The notes under the pieces are model-generated. The model was not told the origin of the DNA and did not search any database. It was given only the letters and a program-made list of their open reading frames with translations. The position numbers and the translations under genes were made by a program. Below, in pieces: positions 36,301-45,128 of a DNA stretch of 64,000 nucleotides; positions within the stretch are counted from its first letter, which is position 1; each line of letters opens with the position of its first letter. The stretch covers positions 64,001 through 128,000 of the forward strand of contig JBCCHT010000025.1 of NCBI GenBank assembly GCA_039028615.1, written 5' to 3'. Source of the DNA: Myxococcota bacterium. GTDB taxonomy: Bacteria; Myxococcota_A; Polyangia; Nannocystales; Nannocystaceae.

Positions 36301-38517
36301 GGCCCACAGGGCCGCCTGATCGTCCTTGCGATCGCTCAGCTCGGCCAGCGACTCCAGCGCAGCGATGAGCGCCGTACGACGAGCCGCGTCGCCGTCGGCC
36401 AGCCCCCGCAGGAGCTCGACCTGCATGCGCACCGAGTCGGCATGGGCCGGGTCGACGTCGAGGATCTTCTCGAGCTGCGTGATGGCGGCGGCCGGATCCT
36501 TCAGCTGCTCGGCGGCCAGCGACGCCGCCTCGCTGCGAAGCTCCACGATGGTGGCCGCGTCGTCGGTCGCGCCCGCGCGCTGATCGAGCAGGTCGACCAG
36601 GCTCTCCCAGTCTTCGAGCTCGCGCGCGAAGGTCTCGGCCGACTCCAGCGCCTCGGCGTGCCCGGGCTCCTCTTCGAGCGCGGCCCGCAGGGTGGCGAAG
36701 GCCCCCTCGACGTCGCCGAGGTCGTCGTGCAGCACGGTGGCCGCGTCGCGCAGGCTCTGGGCCTTGTCCGCGCCCTCCTGGTGCTCCGCGAGGTTGAGCA
36801 ACGCGCCCACCAGCTCGGCCACCTGACCCGCCTTGCGATGCAGCGGCACCACGGCGGACAGGGTGGCGGCGTCCGCCTCGATGGCGATGGCCTTCTCGTA
36901 GGCGACGAGAGCTCGATCCGAGGCGCCCAGGTGCTCGGCGTAGGCCTGGCCCAGCGCCGCGTACAGGCGGGCTTGATCGGCGGGCTGCGGCGCCCGCTCG
37001 GCCACGATTTCCATGCTGTCGGCGAGCGGACCCCACTGCCCGGTCACCTCGGCCAGCCGCTGCAGCTCGGCCACCAGGGTGACCTGCTCCGCGACGGGTA
37101 CCTCTTCGATGAGGCTCTGGACCTCGCGCAGCGCACTGCCGGGCGCGCTCAGCTTCTGCTCGTAGGTCTCGACCAGCTCGCGGCGCAGCGCGATGCGATC
37201 GGCCTGAACCTCGACGAGCTTGACCCGCAGGCCCAGCACCTCGGCCACCTGATCCCAGCGTCCGCCCGAGCGGGCGTCGGCCTCGATGCGCGCGATGGCA
37301 TCGAGCGCCTCGCGGTGGGTCGGCTTGCGGTCGAGGATCTGGCCCCAGGCGTCGAGATCGTCGGCGTCGTCGGGAATGATGATCGGCTGCGAGCCCGCGG
37401 CCGCGACCGGCTGGGCCTCGCCCGGAGTGGAGGCGATCTTCTGGGCCCGGGCGGCCACCGCGGCCACGTCGGGGCGCTCGGACGCATCGGGATGCATGGC
37501 CTCGGCGAACAGCTCGTCGAGCCGCGGGTCGAGCTGCATCGTGCTCGGCCGCACCAGGGCACCGACGGCATCGCGGCCGGTCACCAGGCGGTACAACAGA
37601 GCGGCGAGCGAGTAGGTGTCACTTCCCGGCGTGGCCTCGCCGGCCAGGCGCTCCGGGGCGACGTAGCCTCGCGCCACGTCGGCTGGGCTCGGCCCGACCA
37701 GACCGCCCAGACCAAAGCCGCGCAGCACGGGACCGGCGGGCGCCATGCTCACCAGGTCGGGACCCACCGCTCCGTGGCAGACCCCTTGCTCGTGGGCGGC
37801 GGCGAGGCCCTTGCCCAGCGGCTCCACGATCGCCAGCGCGTCCTCGAGGGACTGCGGCGCGTCGGCCAGGCTCTGCGACAGCGGCTTGCCCGGGCTCGCG
37901 TCGCGCGTGACGGCAACCGCGTGGCCCTCGGTCTCGACGGCGCGATAGCCCGCCGCGGCCGGCACGGTGATCGACTCGAGCTTCTTGACCTGCTCGGTCA
38001 GCGCGCTCGCCTCGGCCTCGGACACGCCGCGGCCCAGTCGCTCGACGTCGTGCTCACCATCGTCGGTGCTGGTCGCCAGCACCACGATGCCGCCCGCCCG
38101 CGCCCGAACGGCGCGAAGCTCCGTGCCCTCGGCCACCAACGCCACCGCGGCGTCCAGCTCGGCCGCCGCCTTCAATCCGTCGGCGCAGGCCTCGGCCTCG
38201 CCGCGTGCCCACGAGGCCCACGCCAGGCCCAGGCGCGCCAGGCCGGCCACCGCTTCGCGATTCTCCAGAGCGGCAAAGCAACGCGCCGCCAGCTCGTCGT
38301 GACCGCCATCGACCAAGGCCGTGCCCGCCCGAAGCAGGGTGTCGTCGGATTCTTTGGCGAGCTCGTCGGCGGACAACGCCTCGACTCGCTGCGCGACCAC
38401 GCGGGACGGCACGACGTGCGCTGCATCGGCTCGGCGAGACAGGCCCGCCGTACGCTGCATCAGCTCGGTGCCTTCGGTCTGGTTTTCGTCCTGGGTATCC
38501 TCGGGTGTATCGACCAT
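33304..38517 (-). CDS. Large TPR protein with N-terminal pseudokinase, AgmK/GltI-like C-terminus
   Basis: HGAVGPDLV and LRGFGLG (degenerate HRD/DFG), GYVAPE, SDTYSLA; long TPR array; RAGFVLCD...YSVSIPYLKLRKDLGL terminus. Confidence 0.85.
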   Translation of the reverse strand: MVDTPEDTQDENQTEGTELMQRTAGLSRRADAAHVVPSRVVAQRVEALSADELAKESDDTLLRAGTALVDGGHDELAARCFAALENREAVAGLARLGLAWASWARGEAEACADGLKAAAELDAAVALVAEGTELRAVRARAGGIVVLATSTDDGEHDVERLGRGVSEAEASALTEQVKKLESITVPAAAGYRAVETEGHAVAVTRDASPGKPLSQSLADAPQSLEDALAIVEPLGKGLAAAHEQGVCHGAVGPDLVSMAPAGPVLRGFGLGGLVGPSPADVARGYVAPERLAGEATPGSDTYSLAALLYRLVTGRDAVGALVRPSTMQLDPRLDELFAEAMHPDASERPDVAAVAARAQKIASTPGEAQPVAAAGSQPIIIPDDADDLDAWGQILDRKPTHREALDAIARIEADARSGGRWDQVAEVLGLRVKLVEVQADRIALRRELVETYEQKLSAPGSALREVQSLIEEVPVAEQVTLVAELQRLAEVTGQWGPLADSMEIVAERAPQPADQARLYAALGQAYAEHLGASDRALVAYEKAIAIEADAATLSAVVPLHRKAGQVAELVGALLNLAEHQEGADKAQSLRDAATVLHDDLGDVEGAFATLRAALEEEPGHAEALESAETFARELEDWESLVDLLDQRAGATDDAATIVELRSEAASLAAEQLKDPAAAITQLEKILDVDPAHADSVRMQVELLRGLADGDAARRTALIAALESLAELSDRKDDQAALWAEQARHLDAEPDGKPRAATARERVVELLGFEHEVVREAAEALERWYRRDDRFDDLSALLMRAGGSKDADTSVRVDAWSKVFDLRKEGSFADEDAAIEALEALTALDSEDHRWRDQLLERYLAREQFDKAGPLIRQQVDDDSIDPKRKAALLWRGGQLREQIGKQAGALEALEEAVELDPSLYDAWLALRDLYRQQDQPLKAIVAQVSAGRAHPNRAEKVSLLFDAAKVYLETLGQPEKGLTLLEELVEFDPDHREATGMLVDHLVAEGDMVRAWPIAQTWVAQVRSQARDDKALNVRALSVAGRCALAVEQPDRAREYLEKARNADATNFDVLRLLGEIDMNAERWEDALKSYQSVVLGGADKIAPAELSQTYLLMATARMGMGERPKAVQLVERSLDIDGENRAAIDKLVELAEDAAGRVKAKQRLAELLAKRGAKLDGEEQAAVHDERIALLKEIAQIQTTELEAPEDAARTLEVIMEMGPTDPAVLHELLSAFTKAGRWRDVTRVLDLLVDAQDADSMRAKYLYAGAAIFRDQLADSDGFVAWARRVLEADPMHVKAFRGIADQLEKKGAWKELAKHLRGRLKSLPKDAPKKDRVELFARLGEVYEEKLGDAKTALAAFSQAVRFGSDKDPQARQRRVKIMDLAISLGSDEVDKAISQAHALINDDPMEFSVYHRLVELYEKRGNRTRATSVARTLAFLKQANEAEQALADAVAEKEPQIRSVVNREQWRKNLYHPLQDPRITEIFSIVWPMVAAREGHTHAHHSIERDQRAKLSMKSQDPLARYLAYAAQIYEVPAPDYFARRKEPGGLRIDALCDGEGDRRRVFPTVLAGRDTLIDQSEVGLKFRAAGAISRVRPGHVLASVLPSIVSLRHVFYGAAVLAGMEAPPDSNAEAERLAKHLGKFMTPAQVDQLGTLARKVLDKGEPDLKGWVQGVAYTAGRAGFVLCDSIDASARVLTQQGDEGMAVPFKDRIRDLVGYSVSIPYLKLRKDLGLNR

Positions 38518-38644
38518 CGAGCTCGTTTCCAGCTAAATCGAAAAAGGTCTGCGGAGCGCCGCGCACAGTAGTACCTCCACTGCCGGATTTCGATGGGCTG
38601 GGACACCCTGTCGAGGCGAGGAAGGGTGGGTTAAGATCGCGTCG

Positions 38645-39847
38645 ATGAACGACAACGCTTCGGGCGGAACCAACTCGGCCGATGTCGCGGAGATCGAGGC
38701 ACTGCTCCCACGACTACGTGAGATACGCCACGACCTTCATCAGCACCCCGAGCTCGGCTTCGAAGAGCACCGCACTCAAGGCGTCGTTCGTACCTGGCTC
38801 GAGGGCCTCGGCTACACCCCACGCGAGTGTGCGGGCACCGGCCTCGTCGCCGATCTTCATCCCGACCGCAAGGGACCCTGCATCGCGCTGCGAGCCGACC
38901 TCGACTGTCTGCCGATGCAGGAAACCACCGACCTGCCCTACCGGTCGGTGCATGACGGCCGCGCCCACAAGTGCGGCCACGACGGTCACACCTCCATTCT
39001 CATGGGGGTCGCGGCCATGCTCGCCAAGCATCGCGCCGAGGTCGCCGGGAACGTCCGTTTGCTCTTCCAGCCGGCCGAAGAGGGCGTTCGCGGCGGCGGA
39101 GCCAAAGTCATGGTGGCCGAGGGCGCCCTCGATGGCGTCGACGAGGTCTACGGCCTGCACAACTGGCCACCCTTTCCCCTGGGCGACGTCCGGGTCTGCG
39201 GCGGGGCCATCATGGCCCAGACCCGGGAGTTCACCGTCACCATCATCGGCAAGGGCGGACACGGCAGCCAGCCCCAAGACTGCATCGACCCCATCGTGGC
39301 TGGTTCCCATCTGGTGGCCGCCCTGCAGACCGTGGTCAGCCGCGGGGTGGGCAGCGACGGCGGGGCCGTGCTCAGCGTCTGCCGATTCACCGCGGGGCAT
39401 ACTCACAACGTCATCCCCGACCGCGCCCTGCTCGAAGGCACCGTCCGCAACTTCGACGACGCGCTGGGCAAGCGCATCGCGGCGCGCATGAAGGAAGTCA
39501 CCGCGGGCGTGGCCTCGGCCTTCGGCGTGCGCATCGAGCTGTCGATGGACGAAGGGTATCCCGTGCTGGTCAACGACCCCGGCTGTGCCCGAGCCGTGCA
39601 CCGAGTTGCCGAGCAGGTGGTCGGGCCCGAGCGCATCAGCGACGCCGACCTGCCCATCGCGGGCGGCGAGGACTTCGCGTACCTCGCCCAGGCCGTGCCC
39701 GGGGCCTACTTCTTCCTGGGCGCGGGGCTGCCCGCGGGCGACACGCCCGGCTGCCACCACCCCGACTTCGACTTCGACGACCGGCTCATCCCCACGGGGG
39801 TCCGCATCTTCCTGGGGCTCGTCCGCGATCGCCTGGCGACTACGTAG
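38645..39847 (+). CDS. M20 family amidohydrolase (hippurate hydrolase-like)
   Basis: HQHPELGFEE, LRADLDCLP, HKCGHDGH, FQPAEEG, GEDF, HHPDFDFD. Confidence 0.95.
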   Translation: MNDNASGGTNSADVAEIEALLPRLREIRHDLHQHPELGFEEHRTQGVVRTWLEGLGYTPRECAGTGLVADLHPDRKGPCIALRADLDCLPMQETTDLPYRSVHDGRAHKCGHDGHTSILMGVAAMLAKHRAEVAGNVRLLFQPAEEGVRGGGAKVMVAEGALDGVDEVYGLHNWPPFPLGDVRVCGGAIMAQTREFTVTIIGKGGHGSQPQDCIDPIVAGSHLVAALQTVVSRGVGSDGGAVLSVCRFTAGHTHNVIPDRALLEGTVRNFDDALGKRIAARMKEVTAGVASAFGVRIELSMDEGYPVLVNDPGCARAVHRVAEQVVGPERISDADLPIAGGEDFAYLAQAVPGAYFFLGAGLPAGDTPGCHHPDFDFDDRLIPTGVRIFLGLVRDRLATT

Positions 39848-39931
39848 ACCTACACCCGGCCGGCTCGCGTCGATTCTCGTGACAACCGGTCGGGGCGGCG
39901 GTGCAATGTCTGTCGCCGTCAACGCCGACCC

Positions 39932-41143
39932 GTGAGCGCCCTCGATTTCCGGACCGTCTACCGACGCTACTACCGCCTCGTCTGGTGGGTAGTGCAGGGC
40001 AGCGGCGTGCCCGAGGCCTGGCGGGAAGACGTGGTCCAGGACGCCTTCGTCGCCATCCACCGCCGCCTGCCCGAGCGCGACCCCGACGATGCCCTGCGCC
40101 CGTGGGTCATCGGCCTGGCCCGCAACGCCGCCTTCACCCACCGCCGCAGCGCCGCTCGCCGCGAGGCTCGCCATGCCGCGGTGCCCACCCCCGACATACC
40201 CACAGCGGTCGACAGCGCCGTGGCCTACCGGCAGGCCTGGGATCAGGTGCACCACTTCCTCGACGGGCTCGACCAGGACCAGCGGGAGGCGTTCGTGCTG
40301 TGCGACCTCGAGGGGCTGCCGCCCGCGGAGGTCGCCAGCACGCTGCGGGTGTCTCGCAACACGGTCTACTCCCGGCTTCGGCTCGCGCGCGGCAAGCTGG
40401 TCGACCACTTCTCCGAGCGACGGCCAGCCCAGCTGCCGGGGTTGCTCCGAGCCGCGCGCACGCAGGGAGGGCCGACGACCGAGCACAAGCGCCGCACCTG
40501 GGCCGCGCTCGCGTTGCAGCTGCCGCTGGCCGAGTCGGTGACCGCCGCGGGCACGGGGATCACGGGAGCCTCGAGCTCGGTGAGCACGGGATTGACCGCA
40601 GTGGCGATGAGCTTGGGGATCTCCGCCGTCGCGGTCGGGGTCATCGCCATCGGAGCGCGGGTGCTGGGCCCGTCGACGCCCACCGAGCGTCCGACCGTGG
40701 CCGAGCGTGCGCCCGATGAGAATGAGCCGCGCCGAAGTGCCCCGACCGAAACGCCGGACGACGCACCGCCACTCGGACCTGCCCCGACCGCAGCTCCACC
40801 CATCGTCGAAGCACCTGCCACCGACACCGCCCCCTCACCGTCCAAGGGCAACCGGGCCAAGCCGACGTCACCCAACACACTCGAAGACGAGGTCGCGCTG
40901 CTGCAGCAGGCCACTCAACGACTGCAAGCCAACGATGCCGTCGGTGCCCTGACGATCCTCGATCGACACGTGAAGCGCTACCCGAGCTCGGACGTGAGCA
41001 ACGAACGCGTCGCCATCCGGGTCCGGGCCCTGTGCGCCAAGGGAGACACCCGCACCGCCGAGAGCGTCGCGGCATCGTTCGTCAGTCGCCACCCCAACAG
41101 CCGACTCGCCGCCTCGCTGAAAGAGCCGTGTCCGAAGCCATGA
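39932..41143 (+). CDS. ECF sigma factor fused to TM/Pro-rich/TPR anti-sigma-like domain
   Basis: EDVVQDAF and NTVYSRLRLAR, then in-frame hydrophobic segment, Pro-rich linker and LEDEVALL...HVKRYPSS...ERVAIRVRALC. Confidence 0.85.
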   Translation: MSALDFRTVYRRYYRLVWWVVQGSGVPEAWREDVVQDAFVAIHRRLPERDPDDALRPWVIGLARNAAFTHRRSAARREARHAAVPTPDIPTAVDSAVAYRQAWDQVHHFLDGLDQDQREAFVLCDLEGLPPAEVASTLRVSRNTVYSRLRLARGKLVDHFSERRPAQLPGLLRAARTQGGPTTEHKRRTWAALALQLPLAESVTAAGTGITGASSSVSTGLTAVAMSLGISAVAVGVIAIGARVLGPSTPTERPTVAERAPDENEPRRSAPTETPDDAPPLGPAPTAAPPIVEAPATDTAPSPSKGNRAKPTSPNTLEDEVALLQQATQRLQANDAVGALTILDRHVKRYPSSDVSNERVAIRVRALCAKGDTRTAESVAASFVSRHPNSRLAASLKEPCPKP

Positions 41144-41155
41144 GCGACGGAGGAG

Positions 41156-41509
41156 TCATTCGCCCGAACCCAGCACCTCGGAGTTGGTCGTCTCGACACG
41201 AAACGGACGACCGCGCTCGTCGGGATTCCAGCCGCCTTCGAGCCCGCGCTCGATGAGCCATTGGATGTGCCGCGGGGTAAAACTCGGATAGTCGTCGGAG
41301 CCACCGCGGTGGCCGGTCGAGTGATCGAGCCACCCGTCGCGGGTCCGTAGCCCGTGCACCTGCAGCACCGCTCCGTCGCCCGGCTCGGCCTGGATGGTCA
41401 GATTGATCCGGTACTCGTCGGTGCCATCGATCTTCGTCGTGGAGAACTGATAGCGATAGCGCCGACCATCGACGGTGATGGGTCGGCTCTTGGCACGGCT
41501 CAAGGTCAT
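41156..41509 (-). CDS. Small hypothetical protein
   Basis: MTLSRAKSRPITVDGRRYRY...FTPRHIQWLIERGLEGGWNP; protein-like composition, fills gap between genes. Confidence 0.7.
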   Translation of the reverse strand: MTLSRAKSRPITVDGRRYRYQFSTTKIDGTDEYRINLTIQAEPGDGAVLQVHGLRTRDGWLDHSTGHRGGSDDYPSFTPRHIQWLIERGLEGGWNPDERGRPFRVETTNSEVLGSGE

Positions 41510-41659
41510 GGTGGCGGTATGGAGTGACCGGCCACGATCGTACCAAAGAGTCGATCCGCAGTCGTTTGCGGCCTCGCAGGCACAATTTGGCCGAACCGAA
41601 CAATGCCGCCTCGAATTTCGAGATACCGGAGTCGTTCGCCCGCGGTCACATTGAATCTC

Positions 41660-42106
41660 ATGTCATGGATTTCTCGTTTGTATACGGTGCTCGTCGTGGG
41701 AGGAGTTGCAGCCACCGGCTGTGACCCCGAGCCCAACGACGACGCGGCCGACACCGCCGCGCCGAGCGGTACGACCGGAAGCGATGCGACCGAAGAGCAA
41801 ACTTCGGCGGTCGCGACCAGCGACGCGGCAACGACCGATGCCGCGACCACCGACGCCGACACGGGAGCGGTGACCGGTCCGGGACCGATGGGTACCACCG
41901 ATGCGGCCGAAGACACGGCCAGCGAAGAGTCGGGCCCGACCGGCGAGTCGTCGACCGGCGAGACCATGACCACGATGGGCGACATGTGCTGCCCGGACGA
42001 GTGTTGGATCGAACCGTGCGAGTGCACGGACGGCTCGTGCTGCTGGCTCGAGCCCCACGTCGACGGTTGCTGCGAACCCCCGCAGGAGCCGCCCGATGGA
42101 GGCTGA
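41660..42106 (+). CDS. Lipoprotein with Thr/Asp-rich stalk and Cys-rich C-terminal tail
   Basis: Lipobox ATGC; tail MCCPDECWIEPCECTDGSCCWLEPHVDGCC. Confidence 0.75.
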   Translation: MSWISRLYTVLVVGGVAATGCDPEPNDDAADTAAPSGTTGSDATEEQTSAVATSDAATTDAATTDADTGAVTGPGPMGTTDAAEDTASEESGPTGESSTGETMTTMGDMCCPDECWIEPCECTDGSCCWLEPHVDGCCEPPQEPPDGG

Positions 42107-42779
42107 GGCCCGCGCGGAGCTGGCTCGCCTGTGGGCCTTTCGGTGTCAGAGCGAGCACGAAGCCCGGGCCCGTTTCGCGTGGCTCGAGCCTCGACTGGCC
42201 AAGCACGATGCACCGAAGTCCGTGGTCGACACGGCCACCCGCGCGGTCGAGGACGAGGCCCGTCATCGTGGATCGTGCGAGACCATGGCGAAGCGCTTCG
42301 GACACCAAGGCCCCACGCATCGCGCCCACGGCCTGCCGCAGTGGGGACCCACCGAACTCACCGAGCGCCAACGGACGCTGTACACCGCGGTCACCATGGG
42401 CTGCGTGATCGAATCCATGAACGTGACGCTGCTGGGCGAGACGCTACGCGTGGCCCAGGACGAACAAACGCTGCGGGTGGTCCGCGAGATCATGCGCGAC
42501 GAGGTCCAGCACGCGCGCCTGGGCTGGGCGTACCTGGCCGCGGTGGCCGACGACGCCGATTTCCTCGGGCCGCTGCTGCCTCGCATCCTGGCCGCGGCCG
42601 CGGGCTCCGAGCTGTCGGAAGAGGCGCCGGAGTACCTCGCCGTGCCCAGCCATGGCCTGTTGCCCGCGAACGAGCTTCGACGGCTGTTCTACGTCACGCT
42701 GCAAGACGTCGTGCTGCCGGGGCTGTCGCTGCACGGCATCGATGTGAGCGCGGCCGAGCGCTGGCGCCGAAGCAACTGA
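42096..42779 (+). CDS. Ferritin-like (diiron carboxylate) domain protein
   Basis: SEHEA, EDEARH, CVIES, RDEVQHARLGW ligand pattern; overlaps upstream gene by 11 bp. Confidence 0.85.
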   Translation: MEAEARAELARLWAFRCQSEHEARARFAWLEPRLAKHDAPKSVVDTATRAVEDEARHRGSCETMAKRFGHQGPTHRAHGLPQWGPTELTERQRTLYTAVTMGCVIESMNVTLLGETLRVAQDEQTLRVVREIMRDEVQHARLGWAYLAAVADDADFLGPLLPRILAAAAGSELSEEAPEYLAVPSHGLLPANELRRLFYVTLQDVVLPGLSLHGIDVSAAERWRRSN

Positions 42780-42922
42780 GGGCCTGCCGACCCCAAAAAG
42801 GGGGGTCGCGGCCCCCATGGAATGACGAATAACGTTCCGAAATTTATCGGAAAAATCGTCCGAGCGACGCAACGATCGCGACACGAGGTCGACAAGGGAG
42901 GTCGAGGCTGCCCGGACGACCC

Positions 42923-43612
42923 ATGTATACGCTGCGCGACTCTCCGTACACCTATCAGGCATGCCACGCCGCCGACGTTCGGCGCCCCCGCATGTCGTAC
43001 CGCTCGCTCGACCCGCGGTGGGCGGTCAGCCTCGCCCGGTCCATGTGTCGCGACGACGACAACCGGCTGGCCATCGAGTCCCTCGTCAAAGATGCCGTCG
43101 GCCATGTCGGCCGCGGTGCCGACCTGCACGAGCGCTTCTCCGAGCTCGTCATCTGTGGCCGCATCGTCCTCAACGAGGTCATGCCGCCCGACGTCTACCC
43201 CCTGTCCGATCCCGCGTTCGAGCCCCCCGTTCCCCTCGTCGAGCTCGACCCCGTAGAGCCTGAGCAGAGCCCCCGCACGTGGTTGTCCATCGAGCTGGTG
43301 CACAGCGCGGGGCTGTGCACCGAGACGGTCGAGCTCGAAGTCCTCACCGCAGATGGTCGCGAGGTCTACGGCCGCATCGACGCCCGGGGCACCTGGCGCA
43401 GCGAGGACATCGACCCCGGTACCTGCACCGTGCGCCTGCTCGAGCACCCCGTGCTCGCCCGTCAGCCCCGGTCGCTCCCGCGGACCCAGCTGCCCCGCGA
43501 GGGTGAAATCGCCTGGGTCGCCGGGTCCGAGCCGCGCCTGGACCTGCGCACCGCGGCGCACCATCGCATCGTCATCATGCAGCCGCCGCAGCACTACTGC
43601 CTGTCGGCGTGA
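42923..43612 (+). CDS. Hypothetical protein with prealbumin/carboxypeptidase-regulatory-like domain, type seen in T6SS loci
   Basis: WLSIELV...TADGREVYGRIDARG...IDPGTCTVRL pattern. Confidence 0.6.
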   Translation: MYTLRDSPYTYQACHAADVRRPRMSYRSLDPRWAVSLARSMCRDDDNRLAIESLVKDAVGHVGRGADLHERFSELVICGRIVLNEVMPPDVYPLSDPAFEPPVPLVELDPVEPEQSPRTWLSIELVHSAGLCTETVELEVLTADGREVYGRIDARGTWRSEDIDPGTCTVRLLEHPVLARQPRSLPRTQLPREGEIAWVAGSEPRLDLRTAAHHRIVIMQPPQHYCLSA

Positions 43613-43660
43613 GCCGCCCCGCTCCTTCGCCTCGCGTTGATACCCTCGGTTCGGCCTCCC

Positions 43661-45040
43661 ATGGTCTCCCTTCTCCCCCGCTGCGTCGCTCGGCCCACCG
43701 TGGCCGGCCTTGTCCTCACCGTGATGGCAGCCGCCGGGTGCACCAGCGCGAACCCGCCGAGCCCTGCCGAGCAGGCCGACCCCGATCCCTCGGGCGCGCC
43801 CCCTCCCCACCCCACCGGGCTCGACATGGACTTCGCCTCGTGGGCCTCCGTGCGCATCGATGGCGAGACCGTCGCGAGCCGCTCCGACGTCTTCGTCCCC
43901 GTCGACCCCGGGCCCCATACCGTCACCGTCGAGACCTCGTGTCAGAAGGTCGAGTTCGAGGTCGATGCTCCCGCCCGTCGGCGCACCCGCATCGGCCTCG
44001 ACCACGCCACCGCGCTGCGCACCGCCACGCTCGAGCTCGAGGTCGCCGGGCCCGAGGGTAAATTGGCGCCCTACCGCGTCCTCCTCGGTGACCGGCAGAT
44101 CGGTGAGACCACGGGTTTTTTCAAGGTCTTGCTGCCCGCGTGCACGAGCCACATCGTCGTCGCCAGCGAGGGCTTCGGGCGCTTCATCGAGGACATCGAC
44201 TTCAGCGCCGACGCCACGCAGCGTCGCACCATCACCCTGGCGCCTGGCCCCGACATGGTGCGCATCGCGGGCGGTGCCTTCACCCCCGGTATGCCGGCCG
44301 ACCTCGAGGTGGAGTGCTACGACCAGCCGCCTCCCCGCCGCCAAGTCGAGGTCCCTGCCTTCGACCTCGACCGCACCGAGGTCACCGCCGCGCAGTGGAT
44401 GGCCTGCCGCGACGCAGGCGGCTGCCAGCCCGACCGCACCAAAGACGGCGTCACGAAGCCCGCCCTGGGGGCCGACGCCAAGGCCTGCAACGTCGTCATT
44501 CGGCCCGGCCGCGCCACGCTCGTCACCGGGCGCGAGGCGTACCCCATGAACTGCATCTCCCAATGGGAGGCCGAGGCCTACTGCGAGTGGGCGGGCAAGC
44601 GGCTGCCCACCGACCTCGAGTGGGAGTTCGCCGCTCGCAGCCGCAACAGCGAGGCCGTGTTCCCCTGGGGCACCGACGACTCGGCCTGCAACAACGCCCC
44701 GCTCGATCCCCAGGTCGCCTGCCAATTCGACGAGGGTGCACTCGCGCCTCCCTGCTCGTTCGCCAAGACGAATACCGAGCAAGGGGTCTGCGACATGGCG
44801 GGCAGCCTCTCCGAGCTCACCCGCTACGCCGAGTTCCCCGGCCGCGACGACACCGAGAAAAAGCGCGAGCTCGAGCGGCTCTTCGGCGCCAGCCACCGCA
44901 GCACCCAGTACACCATGGGCACCAGCTGGGGCAGCGTGAGCGTGTGCGACCAGTTCATCAACGGCCAGTGGAGCACGTGGCACCGTGCGCCGCGCGAAGG
45001 CTTCCGTTGTGCCCGTAGCGTAGACACCTCGACCCCCTAA
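43661..45040 (+). CDS. FGE-sulfatase (SUMF1-like) domain lipoprotein with PEGA-like N-terminal domains
   Basis: Lipobox AAGC; FDLDRTEVT, PMNCISQWEAEAYCEWAGKRLPTDLEWEFAAR, DMAGSLSE, GFRCAR. Confidence 0.88.
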   Translation: MVSLLPRCVARPTVAGLVLTVMAAAGCTSANPPSPAEQADPDPSGAPPPHPTGLDMDFASWASVRIDGETVASRSDVFVPVDPGPHTVTVETSCQKVEFEVDAPARRRTRIGLDHATALRTATLELEVAGPEGKLAPYRVLLGDRQIGETTGFFKVLLPACTSHIVVASEGFGRFIEDIDFSADATQRRTITLAPGPDMVRIAGGAFTPGMPADLEVECYDQPPPRRQVEVPAFDLDRTEVTAAQWMACRDAGGCQPDRTKDGVTKPALGADAKACNVVIRPGRATLVTGREAYPMNCISQWEAEAYCEWAGKRLPTDLEWEFAARSRNSEAVFPWGTDDSACNNAPLDPQVACQFDEGALAPPCSFAKTNTEQGVCDMAGSLSELTRYAEFPGRDDTEKKRELERLFGASHRSTQYTMGTSWGSVSVCDQFINGQWSTWHRAPREGFRCARSVDTSTP

Positions 45041-45128
45041 GACGCCTCCTTCATCGCCCTCGCCCCATTGGCCATCGCTCGCTCCGAGCCGATGGGAGGG
45101 GCCCTCGTACCCGCGAAGCGTTGCGACC

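Noticed and set aside
43661..45040. FGE-sulfatase domain as a diversity-generating retroelement target
   Set aside because: No reverse transcriptase and no template-repeat copy seen in the window
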